NCBI GenBank assembly: GCA_032718475.1
Contig: JAUCBJ010007777.1
Coordinates: 38,986 to 102,985 of the forward strand
Direction of reading: 5' to 3'
DNA length: 64,000 bases
Source: Nemertoderma westbladi
Taxonomy: Eukaryota > Animalia > Xenacoelomorpha
This document shows, one piece after another, positions 12,991 through 24,135 of this stretch (position 1 is the stretch's first letter; each line of letters opens with the position of its first letter). A program made the position numbers and the translations under genes. Under the pieces are notes generated by a model, which was given only the letters and a program-made list of their open reading frames with translations, was not told the DNA's origin and made no database searches.

Positions 12991-14289
12991 ATTATTCAGA
13001 GTTTATGCGATTATTCGCAACATTCATGTCCCCAAGTTTATTCCTACAGTAATTGTGCTTGTTATACATACCGTTATAGTTAAATTAACCCCGGTACTAC
13101 ACGGGCTGCTTGGCGTAGGAAAAGACTGGTGACTTTGTGCTTCGGTCACTCCAGCGGATGCCGTGGTTCTTTTAACTGTTCAAGTATATTTAACTACTGA
13201 TTATTTGTTGTACCAGTACTTGTACCTAATTTAGGGTTTAGTGTACAGTGCTTTCCGAAAGTAATTAGTGTGTAGGCAGTATATTTGTGTTGTAAAGTGG
13301 TTAATAGGCACGCTGGATCTGGTAGTCCGCGGTAATTAACTTCTAGGTAGGAACACTCCGTGATACATAACGTAGTACCTATAGCGATACGGTTATAGGT
13401 CGTCAGGCGGTGGTATTTTCCTATCTGGACAGTGCAATATATTTACTACTACTTATTATTTTCAAATACCGTAGTACCCTGTCTGTTGTAATAACCAGAA
13501 TTCTAACCCTTTGTTAGACTGGTTTGTAGTTTCCCTGTAAAATTACCCTAAAATTTCGTACGTAATATATTTTTGTTGTGTTTAATTAGAGAATTAATCT
13601 CACCCATATCGTAAGTAATTTGTAGTATTAAGTAACTTAAGTAAATTAGAATTATCAGTTTTAGTGTCAAATAAATAGCACTTCACTGAGAGCGCACAGC
13701 TTCTGTGTAGTGACACCCCAGAAATAATAACATTTATTTCAAATATTGACAAACCCCTTTTAAACGGGTATATATCTATTATAAATCAACTCAAACGATT
13801 TATAAATAGTAGGCCTGCCATACAATAACTAGGTCTCAATATCAGTTGGACTACTGCTTAAATAACGGTAATAAAGTAAGTTAAAGTAACCAAGTAACCC
13901 TAAAATATTCAGAAATTCAATTATTCTACAATAATTGACATACCGGTATTTACCATAGGCTTATTATATTTATTTCTATAAATTTGAGCTGAAATTATAC
14001 CGGTACTCTGTAATTAATTCTAGTTCATAATTATACTTATATATACTATCAGTGTAATCTATACCGGTATTCACGATAGGCCTATTATATATTTATATAT
14101 ATTTGTGCTAAATTATATACCGGTACTCTGTGACAAACCTAGTTTACAATACTTATATATACTATAAGTGTATACCGGTATTCTAATATACTGTAATAAA
14201 TTAACGGTACTAGGCCAACGGTCATACTGAATTACTAGACTTGCTTTAACTGAAACTATAGCAGTAGACATTCAACTGTATAGCTAAAC

Positions 14290-16218
14290 ATGTCTGACAC
14301 TCGGCAAAACCTGTCAGACAGTCTAATCGATACAACCATCTGTGACACAGATAGGAGTGTGGAGCGATTAAGAAAGGAGTTCAGTTCACCTCCTACTGCA
14401 AGAAAGGTTATCCCTCCAGTAGTATCAGACCCTAGGCTAATCCACCATAGGTCCATCATAGGCACTCGGGCCCAGGTCAAATGGAACCAAGAGGCAGCTG
14501 TCTTATCGCAGCAACATCTTGGTCAAGAACCTAGTTCCCAGCGACCCGATAGCTCCAGTAGTTCGGATACTGTAGAGCTGAACCCCGAACGCGGAGTGCA
14601 GATGGCGGCTACAGCATACTCGGACCCCCTTCTCACCCTTCCTGCCGCAGTGCTAACTACTATATTGATTGCGGTGGAGGAACATCAAGCCAACTGGTCG
14701 AGAAATAAGCGAGCGACCCAAGATAATTATGCGGGATACGCCAGGGAAGAATTGATGTCTATTGTCGAGTCACAATGGAACTTTCCCGGACCCGGACTCC
14801 CGTTAGATCTGTCCGAAGCTACTTGGGAAGACATACATAGGATGGGAGTGACTAAAGATACGATGGATCCAGCTGTTTGGAAGAGGTCGGCAGCAGGATA
14901 TGTGCAGGGATTCTTCGGCTCCTTAGAGCGATTAGAAGAACAACTGTTTCGACAATCCCAAGGACCTCAAGAGCAGGAAGAACTGCTATATCAAGTACGC
15001 GAAAGAACCCTACGCATTCGACTAATCCTATCAGCTTTTGAGGAAACTTCCAAAAGAAGACAGGACACGTCGCTGCAGGTTGCTGTCAAGACTTGGTTCC
15101 AGCGGGTAGGTCTCAAAGTTCAGGAAACGGCCCAGTGGAAATCCCAGCTGGCTGAGAGACCAACCTATGAAGAACCAACCGATGCCACCCTTTCTCAAGC
15201 GGAAAGTGAAGTGACAGCAGAGAGACCGCGAACTAGAGACGCTATCGACATTTATCTGTCCGACTATCAGCGATTCCTAGGAGACGAAGAGTTGAGGAGA
15301 CGGCTGTCTGGACTTTCCCCTAATAGTGAAGGAACCAAGCTTGTGTTGGATTCAATCGATGCGGAAATGTTAGCTGCAAACCAAGCTGAATTTGATGAAA
15401 AACTCCGCCTCGCTAGAGTCCGAGAAGAACAAATAAAGAAAAAACGGATAGAGGAAAGAAAGGCAGCAGCAGTAACGGCGGCAGAAGCAGAAGCAGAAAG
15501 AAAAGAAGCAGAAGCAGAAAGAAAGGAAGCAGAAGCAGAAAGAAAAGCAGCGGCGGCAGAAGCAGAAGCAGAAAGAAAAGCAGCGGCGGCAGAAGCAGAA
15601 GCAGAAAGAAAAGCAGCAGTGGCAGAAGAAGAACGGAGAGCGTCTGAGGAGACTATCCAACTGGAGTTGGAAAATTTACAAGAGACGCAAGACCACATAA
15701 ATAAACAGTTAACTGCTAGTCAAATGCAGATGATGAGAAAATCTACTCCCAAGCGCCAGGGATACACATCCTCAGAGGAAGGCGAGACCACCGATCCTGA
15801 AGGCGGAGGAAATAGATCTCATCTAAGCAGGCGTAGAAAAACATCTTACCGTCACAAATTGCCTGATTTGCCCCCAGCTGTTAGAAGACAACTAGCTAGC
15901 ACAGACTTGAGTAGTATAGAACCTACAGACCAAATTATTAAGGTCAAAAGACTCCCTACTATAGTTGATGAGCCTGAAATAATTAGGCCTGTCGTTCCCA
16001 AAGTCACCCCTGTGTTAGAGACCCCTGTACTTCCAGAGCTTAACTCTAAATTCCCTTTACATAGTACTACACTGCCTGTACCCGGTAGAACAGTCAATGA
16101 GAATATCCCTGTCCTGATAGCTGAGAGAGAAATCAAAGATTTGTCTCCCGTCGTCCCACGTCAGGTCGTCAGCCCGCTACAATGTTGGCGACTCCCGCTT
16201 CGGCGGTCGAGTGGGTAG
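14290..16218 (+). CDS. Retrotransposon ORF1 / N-terminal Gag extension, 642 aa, coiled-coil with EAERK(A)n repeats
   Basis: Long ATG-initiated ORF inside the LTRs. It is helical and charged, has an (AEAERK) repeat tract at about 15463-15630, and overlaps the next ORF, which is in the -1 frame. Confidence 0.8.
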   Translation: MSDTRQNLSDSLIDTTICDTDRSVERLRKEFSSPPTARKVIPPVVSDPRLIHHRSIIGTRAQVKWNQEAAVLSQQHLGQEPSSQRPDSSSSSDTVELNPERGVQMAATAYSDPLLTLPAAVLTTILIAVEEHQANWSRNKRATQDNYAGYAREELMSIVESQWNFPGPGLPLDLSEATWEDIHRMGVTKDTMDPAVWKRSAAGYVQGFFGSLERLEEQLFRQSQGPQEQEELLYQVRERTLRIRLILSAFEETSKRRQDTSLQVAVKTWFQRVGLKVQETAQWKSQLAERPTYEEPTDATLSQAESEVTAERPRTRDAIDIYLSDYQRFLGDEELRRRLSGLSPNSEGTKLVLDSIDAEMLAANQAEFDEKLRLARVREEQIKKKRIEERKAAAVTAAEAEAERKEAEAERKEAEAERKAAAAEAEAERKAAAAEAEAERKAAVAEEERRASEETIQLELENLQETQDHINKQLTASQMQMMRKSTPKRQGYTSSEEGETTDPEGGGNRSHLSRRRKTSYRHKLPDLPPAVRRQLASTDLSSIEPTDQIIKVKRLPTIVDEPEIIRPVVPKVTPVLETPVLPELNSKFPLHSTTLPVPGRTVNENIPVLIAEREIKDLSPVVPRQVVSPLQCWRLPLRRSSG

Positions 16219-18977
16219 AGGAGGGACGGCGGGGGATGAATCTCCTGCTCGGACAGATGCAGGAGACTGTCCACCAACTTAAGGGAACAGTAAGGGAAGG
16301 TAGAGCAGAGTTGCAAGAAGTGCAGCAAAGTATCGCACTAGAACGCGACAAATTAGTCAACATACAAAAGGGCATACCAATACCCCCAGTAACATTGTGT
16401 CAACCTGTTAGGTCTGAAGTATTACATGCGCAAGGTGTGGAGCCTACACGCATCTATACTGCTAGTGAAGTAGAAACTCCTATAGCAAACCCTATTAAGG
16501 GTGATTATGGACCTGTTGTCAATGATATTCCCTATAGACCTGATAATGATCCGAGAAATTTATATACCGATAATTCGATATTAAATAACACGATGGCCCA
16601 AGAAAGCTTTACGCGTCAGATGGCTAGAACAGAAGCCCGCCAAGCGGTCAAAGTGGGAGAGATCGTCAAATTCAATGGAGATGAGATGAAGTGGTTACCT
16701 TTCAACGAATATTACAAAGACAGCATACAGAACTCTGTGCTATCTAACGGAGAGAAACTTAGGTTCCTCATCAAGTGTTTGGAAGGACCTCCCAAGTTAA
16801 TGGCATTAAAGTTTATTGGACATCCAGAAGGATTAAGACAAGTTTGGGATACATTAAACATCAGGTATGGTAACAAGGATAACATAGCTAAGTATTTGTA
16901 TGCAAAATTAGTAGCCCCCCGACACTTCCTTAGTAGCGGGATTATAGAGTTTTCCGATGAGATTCAAGAGATCTGTATACAACTGGACTGGTTAGGTAAG
17001 TCGCATGAATATCAGAGTTCCATGGTTATTGGAGCCGTAGTCTCTACTTTACCAAAGGATGGCGTATGTACACGCTGGGACAAGAAAGTGTTGTACATGA
17101 ATGAACAACAACGACGAAGTCCTACCATGGCTGATCTCATGTCCTTCTTAGATGGTGAAGTAAAACTACAACTCATCAAGCAGTCCAGAGAGAAAACATC
17201 GGAAAATAAGGTAAGTGAAAAACCCGCTTCTAGGAGAAGGGTAACACCGGTGTGTTACACTGACGACGGCGAAAGCCAAGCTTCTCAAGAAGAGGACAGC
17301 GGGAAAGACACCGAGCGATCTTACTATATTGACAAAACCTCAAAAGATGTAAGTAAATACAAAGCTCGAAACAACGATAGGAGAGAACAGGTTGCCAAGA
17401 CCCCTCCTCAGTCTCCTAACAGAATGCACCGAAGAAAACCCGAAGAAAAAACGAGAGTGCATCAAGTTACCCAAGGTAAAGTGAGTAACATAAAACCTAA
17501 CTGTGCGCTGTGCGACGGGACCCACCGTTTGAGTGCGTGTGCTGAATTTCTAAAGAAATCCCTTATAGACAGACGTACAGTCGTGTGGGACAAGCGGTTA
17601 TGCTATAATTGCCTCAGACCAGGACACCAACGGCGAACCTGTTACTCCGACATAAAGTGTGCAAAGTGTAGCGCGAAACATCACATCTTGTTACACAGTG
17701 AGTTCGAACGAGACAAACAGAGTCAGGTAAGTGAGCCCGAACTACATGTCCAATTCAGTGATGTGAACGACACTGATCAAGAATCTGAGATGGAAGGATT
17801 CTATACTGACGAATTCTCCGACGCCAATGAATCCTGTTATCTAATCAATACCGCAGTGTATCGAGCACTTACTTATGAAAAGGACACCAACAATGAGTTT
17901 TCCCCAACTACTTTTGCCAAACAACCCTCTTGGAAAGCTCCAACTTCCAATGTAGGAATCAGAGAATTTCCTGTAGTGCAGGTAAGAGTTCACGGTCTTA
18001 ACAAAAGTTACATAGTGAACGCCCTCCTTGACTCCGGCAGCACAGGAACATTCATCGATCAAGAATTAGCCGAGGATATCTTTGCTGGACAACCCAAATT
18101 CCGGACTAAATTGAATATGTCAGGAATTATGCAGGTTTGGAAATCTACCCTAACGGCAGATTACTATGTAGGTGTGTTGTCCACCCCCCAGGATAAGTTA
18201 GGAACACAAGGTATAAGGTCGGTAAAAATGGTGGCTATAAAGAACTTCGCCACTACTCAAGCAGACCTTTATAATTGGGACGAGGATGAGAGCATCCAAC
18301 ATCTTAAGATACCTCGATTCCAGACAGATTATCCTGGAGTGCAAATACTCATCGGCCAAAACGCGCACGAGGCGCTCGAGACATTGGAGAAACGGCCTGC
18401 TCAACCACAGCCACTGCAAACCTATGCGGTAAGAACTAGAGTAGGTTGGTACTTTACTGGCCCTTCCCGCAGGACTCTCGCAGAGAGAATGCCACAAGAA
18501 CAAACATACCAGGTAAACGATTGGGAAGTAGAGAGCAGTGAGGTGGACGAACAAACTGAGGGAACACCATACTCCTCAGATAATGACGACATCTACCAAC
18601 TCTTCGATGAAGAGAACACAATCGACCTACTTACAGAAAACCAAACCTGGAAAAATCAGGTGAACCTATGTCAACTGATTCGCCCATCGGAACCCATCGC
18701 TTACAATGACGAACTAAACGATGAGATAGAGCGTTACAACGCTAGAACTCGGGACGAACTAGCTGTACGGTTCTTTACTCAGGAACTAGTGGAGCCCAAT
18801 TCATATGATAAGGCTCTATCGATAGAAGAAGAGAGAGCCAAGCAAATCCAGGAAACCACTACACGTTTTTTAAAAGAACAAGGTCGATATGAAATCGGCC
18901 TACCATTTCGAAAACGAGAACCTAGATTTATAAATAACAGACCCTTGGCAGAGAAAAGAATCGATCAATTACATTGA
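16182..18977 (+). CDS. gag: BEL/Pao Gag (DUF1759-like capsid, three zinc knuckles) plus aspartic protease
   Basis: KFNGDEMKWLPF...LSNGEKLRFLIKCLEG capsid region; knuckles CALCDGTHRLSAC, CYNCLRPGHQRRTC, CAKCSAKHHILLH; protease ALLDSGS...ILIG; TRVGW. Ends at a single TGA that is in frame with pol. Confidence 0.93.
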   Translation: MLATPASAVEWVEEGRRGMNLLLGQMQETVHQLKGTVREGRAELQEVQQSIALERDKLVNIQKGIPIPPVTLCQPVRSEVLHAQGVEPTRIYTASEVETPIANPIKGDYGPVVNDIPYRPDNDPRNLYTDNSILNNTMAQESFTRQMARTEARQAVKVGEIVKFNGDEMKWLPFNEYYKDSIQNSVLSNGEKLRFLIKCLEGPPKLMALKFIGHPEGLRQVWDTLNIRYGNKDNIAKYLYAKLVAPRHFLSSGIIEFSDEIQEICIQLDWLGKSHEYQSSMVIGAVVSTLPKDGVCTRWDKKVLYMNEQQRRSPTMADLMSFLDGEVKLQLIKQSREKTSENKVSEKPASRRRVTPVCYTDDGESQASQEEDSGKDTERSYYIDKTSKDVSKYKARNNDRREQVAKTPPQSPNRMHRRKPEEKTRVHQVTQGKVSNIKPNCALCDGTHRLSACAEFLKKSLIDRRTVVWDKRLCYNCLRPGHQRRTCYSDIKCAKCSAKHHILLHSEFERDKQSQVSEPELHVQFSDVNDTDQESEMEGFYTDEFSDANESCYLINTAVYRALTYEKDTNNEFSPTTFAKQPSWKAPTSNVGIREFPVVQVRVHGLNKSYIVNALLDSGSTGTFIDQELAEDIFAGQPKFRTKLNMSGIMQVWKSTLTADYYVGVLSTPQDKLGTQGIRSVKMVAIKNFATTQADLYNWDEDESIQHLKIPRFQTDYPGVQILIGQNAHEALETLEKRPAQPQPLQTYAVRTRVGWYFTGPSRRTLAERMPQEQTYQVNDWEVESSEVDEQTEGTPYSSDNDDIYQLFDEENTIDLLTENQTWKNQVNLCQLIRPSEPIAYNDELNDEIERYNARTRDELAVRFFTQELVEPNSYDKALSIEEERAKQIQETTTRFLKEQGRYEIGLPFRKREPRFINNRPLAEKRIDQLH

Positions 18978-19007
18978 CGCCTTACAGCTAATGCTTCAGC
19001 GAAAGAA

Positions 19008-22000
19008 ATGTACCAAACTCAGCTGAAGAAATTTATAACAAAGGGATACGCGGAGAGAGTACCGGAAGGAACACCAGTGACTGAGAGAACGTATTACTTA
19101 ACACATCATTACGTTCCCAAACCCGGTAAACCACACGAAGTACGAGTCGTATTCGATGGCTCCGCACTATATATGGGCCAATCCCTCAATTCAGAGTTGT
19201 TATCAGGACCCAACTTACTCCAATCTTTGTTGGGAATACTTTTAAGATTAAGACAATATTCCATCGCATTCGCCTCCGATATAGAAGGAATGTTCTTACA
19301 AGTCAAGGTGCTGGATAGAGATAGAGACAGCCTGAGATTTCTGTGGTGGCCTGAAGGAGACCTCAACCAGAAACCGGTAGAGTACTGGATGACCATCCAG
19401 GCTTTCGGGATCATATCAAGCCCTTCCAACGCCTGCTCCGTGGTTCGGACCACTGCGAATGACAACCGGGACGCCTTCTCAAAAGAGGTGATAGACAACA
19501 TAAAACGTAATATATACATGGACGACAATTTAAGGTCCCTTCCATCAGTAGAAGAAGCCATAGCTGTCGCGAAAGGAACGGTAGAGTGTTTAAAAAGAGG
19601 TGGATTTCGACTGACGAAATTCACTAGCAACTCCCGTGAGTTTCTGGAAGCCATACCGGTAGAAGACCGAGGAGCGAAAGACCTAGACTTAATAAAGGAC
19701 GAGCTTCCTGAAACCAAGACACTAGGCTTGAAGTGGGACACTGAAAGAGACATCCTGTTTTTTCAGTTAAAACAGCGAGATAATCCAGTCCGGACCAAAC
19801 GGATTTGTTTAAGTATCCTGAGCACTTATTTCGACCCATTGGGATTTATTAGCCCGGTTATATTGATTGCTCGGAGTTTAGTACAACAAATGTGGCTTGA
19901 AAACCACTCATGGGACGATCCGCTTAAGGGAGAATTGTTAAAGAAATGGATGAAATGGGAAGATTCTCTACCTGCCATCGAGAACTTTATAATTTCCCGT
20001 GCATATTTTGGCCATGTTCTTCCTACGTATTCCTATCAACTCCATGTGTTTGGAGACGCTAGCGACATGGGAATAGGTATAGTTGCATATCTGCGAGTCG
20101 AAACTCCGGATGGAATCAAAGTCGCCTTGGTTACATCTAAGGCATTGATTAACAACAAGTTAAAGGTTCCTCGAGCGGAGTTAAAGGCGGCTTTATACGC
20201 TACAGCCATCGGCCGGAACGTAACGGAACAAATCGACTATCCACTGGAGAAAACGGTTTATTGGACCGACGCTTTACTCGTGTTGGAGTATCTAACCAAT
20301 GAAGTCTGTCAGTTCAGTGTTTTTGTTACTAACAGAGTAGCTATTATTCTTAGTCGCACAAAGATAGATCAATGGAGACATTGCCCTGGTACGATTAATC
20401 CAGCCGATATCGCCTCCAGGGGAGCAACTCCACAGGAACTGATAGATACTCCAGATTGGTTGGGTGGACCCGACTTCCTGAGCAAGGAAGAGGATGAATG
20501 GCCCCCTCACCTTACTACGGCGGAAATTAGACAAGCCAAGGGAGCGGAGACAGTTAAACCTAAAACCCGGGCGAGTAAATCGAAGTTATTTAAACCGACT
20601 ATCGATCTATCTGTATTACATGCTTCCGGAAACGATGCTTCGGATCCACAATCCCTCGCCACAAATAAATCTGTTGTGGAAATTAGAGATAGAGATTGGA
20701 AATCTGGAATACCAGACGTCTCGCAAGGAATCTCACCCCTGCTGCAGAGAGCAATGCATCACTACAGTTCCTGGAATCGGCTCTGTAAAGCCGTCACATA
20801 TTTAAGGAGATGTTTTCATCATCACTACTCCAGGATGAAGACCATTAGTGATACCGCTCCATTGACATCTGCGCAAGTTCATGTTATTAAAGATCTACCA
20901 AAGTATAAGATATCCGACCGGTTTCTAAAGGAGAAACTTAGCTACCAGGAGCATGAAGAAACTAATAAGCAGATACTGAGACTCCTGCAATGCTATGAGG
21001 ATTCCGAAAAGTATTTCCTGTTGTTGAGAAATCCGCAGATGCGCTTAAGGGATCGATTCTCGAGCACAATGATAGATGGGTTAATACGTGTTGGAGGAAG
21101 ACTCACCAATGCGCCATTATCCTTTGACACTAAATTCCCCATACTCATTAGAAATCTTGAAGTACAAATCAAGATGATTGTAGATGTTCACAGTAAACTT
21201 TATCATGCTGGTAGAGAACGAGTTCTTAGCGAAATTCGAACTCGCTATTACTTTCATAAACCTCGTAGAGCTCTGAACCAAGTTCTTAGAAACTGCATAC
21301 CCTGTAGGAAAGCATTCAGTAGGCCTTTAACACAGCGAGAGGCAGAATTACCTAGGGAACGAGTAAGCTTCTATGAACCACCTTTTACTAATACTGGTGT
21401 AGATTTATTTGGCCCTATTGAAGTATATCGTGCTAGGACTATAGTCAAGAGATGGTGTGTCATCTTCGTGTGCATGACTTGTAGAGCCATCCATCTCGAT
21501 ATGGTGAACGATCTATCTACCAACAGCTTCGTCTTAAGTTTACGACGACAGATCGCTCGCTTCGGGACGAGTAATACCATGAGATCGGATAAGGGAACGA
21601 ACTTCATTGGTGCCAACAACGAAATACAGGCTTACGTGAAGGACTGGAACCAAAGACAGGTGGACGACCAGCTAAGGATAACAGCGTCTAGCTGGACCTT
21701 CAACGCCGCCGACGCCCCTTGGTGGGGAGGAAGTTGGGAGAGATTAATTCGAAGTGTCAAAACCGCATTTCACTTTATAGTGCCATGCCGCGCGTATCTC
21801 ACCGACGAACTTTTGCGGACATTAATGGAGGAAATCGCTGCCTATCTCAACGAGAGACCGCTTATGCCAGTCTCATCGAGTCCCGATTCCCTGGAAGCGC
21901 TAACACCCGCGCACTTCCTACTGAAGAAACCTGTAGCCATGCTCCCACGATCGGAGATTGCCGACGGAGACGAATACTGCCGTCGAACTTGGCAACTTAT

Positions 22001-22400
22001 GCAGTTGCTATCCCGTCGTTTCGCTGACCATTTCGAGAAACATTATCTGCCCACGCTACAACTTCGAACTAAGTGGTTTGCGCAGCAAGAAAACGTCAGC
22101 GCCGGAGATATGGTGCTTATTGTAGATCCAGACCTCCCACGTAAACGGTGGCAGACAGGTCGTATCATCGAGACCCACATCTCGGATGATGGTTTAGTAC
22201 GCTCGGTAGAACTCGTCGTCATGCGGCGTAACTTCAAGAAGCCAGGCATAATCTTTGAGACGCAACAACTCAATCGCCCAGTTGGTCGTTTATGTTTACT
22301 GGAAAGAGACAGAGAACTCTCCGGAAACTATGGAAGGCAAGACACTCTTCCCACGACCACCTCCCTAATTCCTCAAACATCTAGGGACTCCCTCACGTGA
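19008..22400 (+). CDS. pol: BEL/Pao Pol: reverse transcriptase, RNase H, integrase
   Basis: RT: VRVVFDGS, SDIEGMFLQV, LRFLW, YMDD. RNase H: LHVFGDAS, PRAELKAA, YWTD, NPADIASRG. Integrase: H-x4-H...CIPC, GVDLFGP, SDKGTNF, WERLIRSVK, with a DUF5641-like tail. Confidence 0.96.
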   Translation: MYQTQLKKFITKGYAERVPEGTPVTERTYYLTHHYVPKPGKPHEVRVVFDGSALYMGQSLNSELLSGPNLLQSLLGILLRLRQYSIAFASDIEGMFLQVKVLDRDRDSLRFLWWPEGDLNQKPVEYWMTIQAFGIISSPSNACSVVRTTANDNRDAFSKEVIDNIKRNIYMDDNLRSLPSVEEAIAVAKGTVECLKRGGFRLTKFTSNSREFLEAIPVEDRGAKDLDLIKDELPETKTLGLKWDTERDILFFQLKQRDNPVRTKRICLSILSTYFDPLGFISPVILIARSLVQQMWLENHSWDDPLKGELLKKWMKWEDSLPAIENFIISRAYFGHVLPTYSYQLHVFGDASDMGIGIVAYLRVETPDGIKVALVTSKALINNKLKVPRAELKAALYATAIGRNVTEQIDYPLEKTVYWTDALLVLEYLTNEVCQFSVFVTNRVAIILSRTKIDQWRHCPGTINPADIASRGATPQELIDTPDWLGGPDFLSKEEDEWPPHLTTAEIRQAKGAETVKPKTRASKSKLFKPTIDLSVLHASGNDASDPQSLATNKSVVEIRDRDWKSGIPDVSQGISPLLQRAMHHYSSWNRLCKAVTYLRRCFHHHYSRMKTISDTAPLTSAQVHVIKDLPKYKISDRFLKEKLSYQEHEETNKQILRLLQCYEDSEKYFLLLRNPQMRLRDRFSSTMIDGLIRVGGRLTNAPLSFDTKFPILIRNLEVQIKMIVDVHSKLYHAGRERVLSEIRTRYYFHKPRRALNQVLRNCIPCRKAFSRPLTQREAELPRERVSFYEPPFTNTGVDLFGPIEVYRARTIVKRWCVIFVCMTCRAIHLDMVNDLSTNSFVLSLRRQIARFGTSNTMRSDKGTNFIGANNEIQAYVKDWNQRQVDDQLRITASSWTFNAADAPWWGGSWERLIRSVKTAFHFIVPCRAYLTDELLRTLMEEIAAYLNERPLMPVSSSPDSLEALTPAHFLLKKPVAMLPRSEIADGDEYCRRTWQLMQLLSRRFADHFEKHYLPTLQLRTKWFAQQENVSAGDMVLIVDPDLPRKRWQTGRIIETHISDDGLVRSVELVVMRRNFKKPGIIFETQQLNRPVGRLCLLERDRELSGNYGRQDTLPTTTSLIPQTSRDSLT

Positions 22401-22947
22401 TACGTCTGGAGTGGGTGTATGACTATATTGTTTTATCTATTTTATTATATTTTTATATGCGAACTTTATTATGTATTTTATTATAATCGTTTTTATTCAA
22501 TTTTATTTAGTAGAATGATATTTTAGTGATTATTTAGTAGATTAGTGCAATATATTAGTGTTTATTACGTACGTAATTACCTATAATATATATTTAGTGC
22601 GACGGCGAGAAATAATTTTTTCTCTTTCCTTACTGTCCGTATCATATTGTAAATACGTGGCTACAGTAAGATGAAATGTCCGTACTTCTTAAAGTACAAT
22701 AAAGCCACTACTATATTCAAGTATTATTGGTAGGCAGAGTATTAGGAATGCAAAGTTCAGATCCTCGTGTCTCGGCTAAACCAAGCTCTGGGTAGACCTT
22801 GGAAACGACTTGCCTCTTCACACTGACATTGCTTCGTGTGATATTGCTCTTCTACCTTATATTAAATAATACATATAGTAGCGTGATGTCCATATAACAG
22901 TAGCGTAAAACGCAAATAAATCTGTTAAACTTTTTGACCATCTGTAA

Positions 22948-23215
22948 TTCTAGTCGATTAAGATATCGCGGCACCCACCGATATACTTGAAAGACAAATT
23001 CTAGAATCAGTGGTTAACGTCCCCAGACAAGCTCTGGAATAAATCGGTGCCCATCTTAAATATTAATTAATATTTATTAAAATTTGTAAAATTCAGATCC
23101 TTTAAAATTTCTAGTCAATTAAGATATCGCAGCACTTACCGATACTCTTAAAAGACAAATTTCATAGAATTAAGGATCATATGTCCCCAGACCTGCTCTG
23201 GAATCAAATTGTGTC
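22948..23215 (+). repeat. Diverged tandem duplication (period about 160 bp) between pol and the extra ORF
   Basis: CTAGTC(G/A)ATTAAGATATCGC(G/A)GCAC...AAAGACAAAT...GTCCCCAGAC..GCTCTGGAAT occurs at about 22950 and 23111. Confidence 0.8.
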
Positions 23216-24135
23216 AATTTTAACATCAAATAATAAAAATTCACGGGAATAAATTTAAATTCATATTTTTGAATTTCATAAATTGTCATTTTGTACAATT
23301 TATAACATTCCCAAAATTCCATTAATTAATAGATCATGGGAGCGGAGATTCATCCTATTGAGTGTATTAGAGTGCGAGAATCTCCAACATATAGTCAATA
23401 GCCGATAAAATAATAAAATCATGCATAAAGAGAATATTGACAATTAAAGAATTATTATTAAATAGCATCCCAGATCTGTATGCATGAGAATTACCCTAAT
23501 TCTACCGCTAGCATTCCATAATGTCACCATAGCAACACCCACGCTAGAATTAGAAGCAAGTTAAAAGAACAATAGAAAGCTTGTCCCCTTGCCTAGCATA
23601 GAGAACACATAGCACACTGTTAGTATCCAAGGATACACAGTAATAACGTGACATTCTGGAAGGCACTGACTAACGGACAAATGGCCTGTATGTGTGCTGT
23701 TAGCGACAGTTGTGTGGAATTTGTGCGTTTATAGGTGAATGTTACTGCTAAAGTATGTTTACAGTAGCTAGTCGCAATTGTAAAAATAGCCTAACTCTCC
23801 TATAGAAAGAACCTAAGTGGATCCAAGCCTTTGGGACGGACAGTGGAGTGACTTGTGCCGGTTATCGTTGTCGTGCTGTTGCTACATGTTGGCGTAAACA
23901 CCGCGACGACGGTACATCGGCGCTGAGAATCCCACTGTCCGGGGGCAAAGAAAGGTAGGCAGCGACGCCCGCTCGCCTAAATATAAACTTATTTGATATT
24001 AATAAACTCAGATAGCAGATATGACGGAGTTGATCGAAGATGATCTTGGTATTAGGGAGCAATATACCCTACCTTTACAAGCATTTGTGGATAGCTTGAT
24101 ACGCGGTGAAGCCGATCCAACCATTACGGAGGACG

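Noticed and set aside
15267-15698. Antisense Ala/Ser-rich and Cys/Phe-rich ORFs
   Set aside because: They are shadow frames of the GCAGAA repeat in ORF1.
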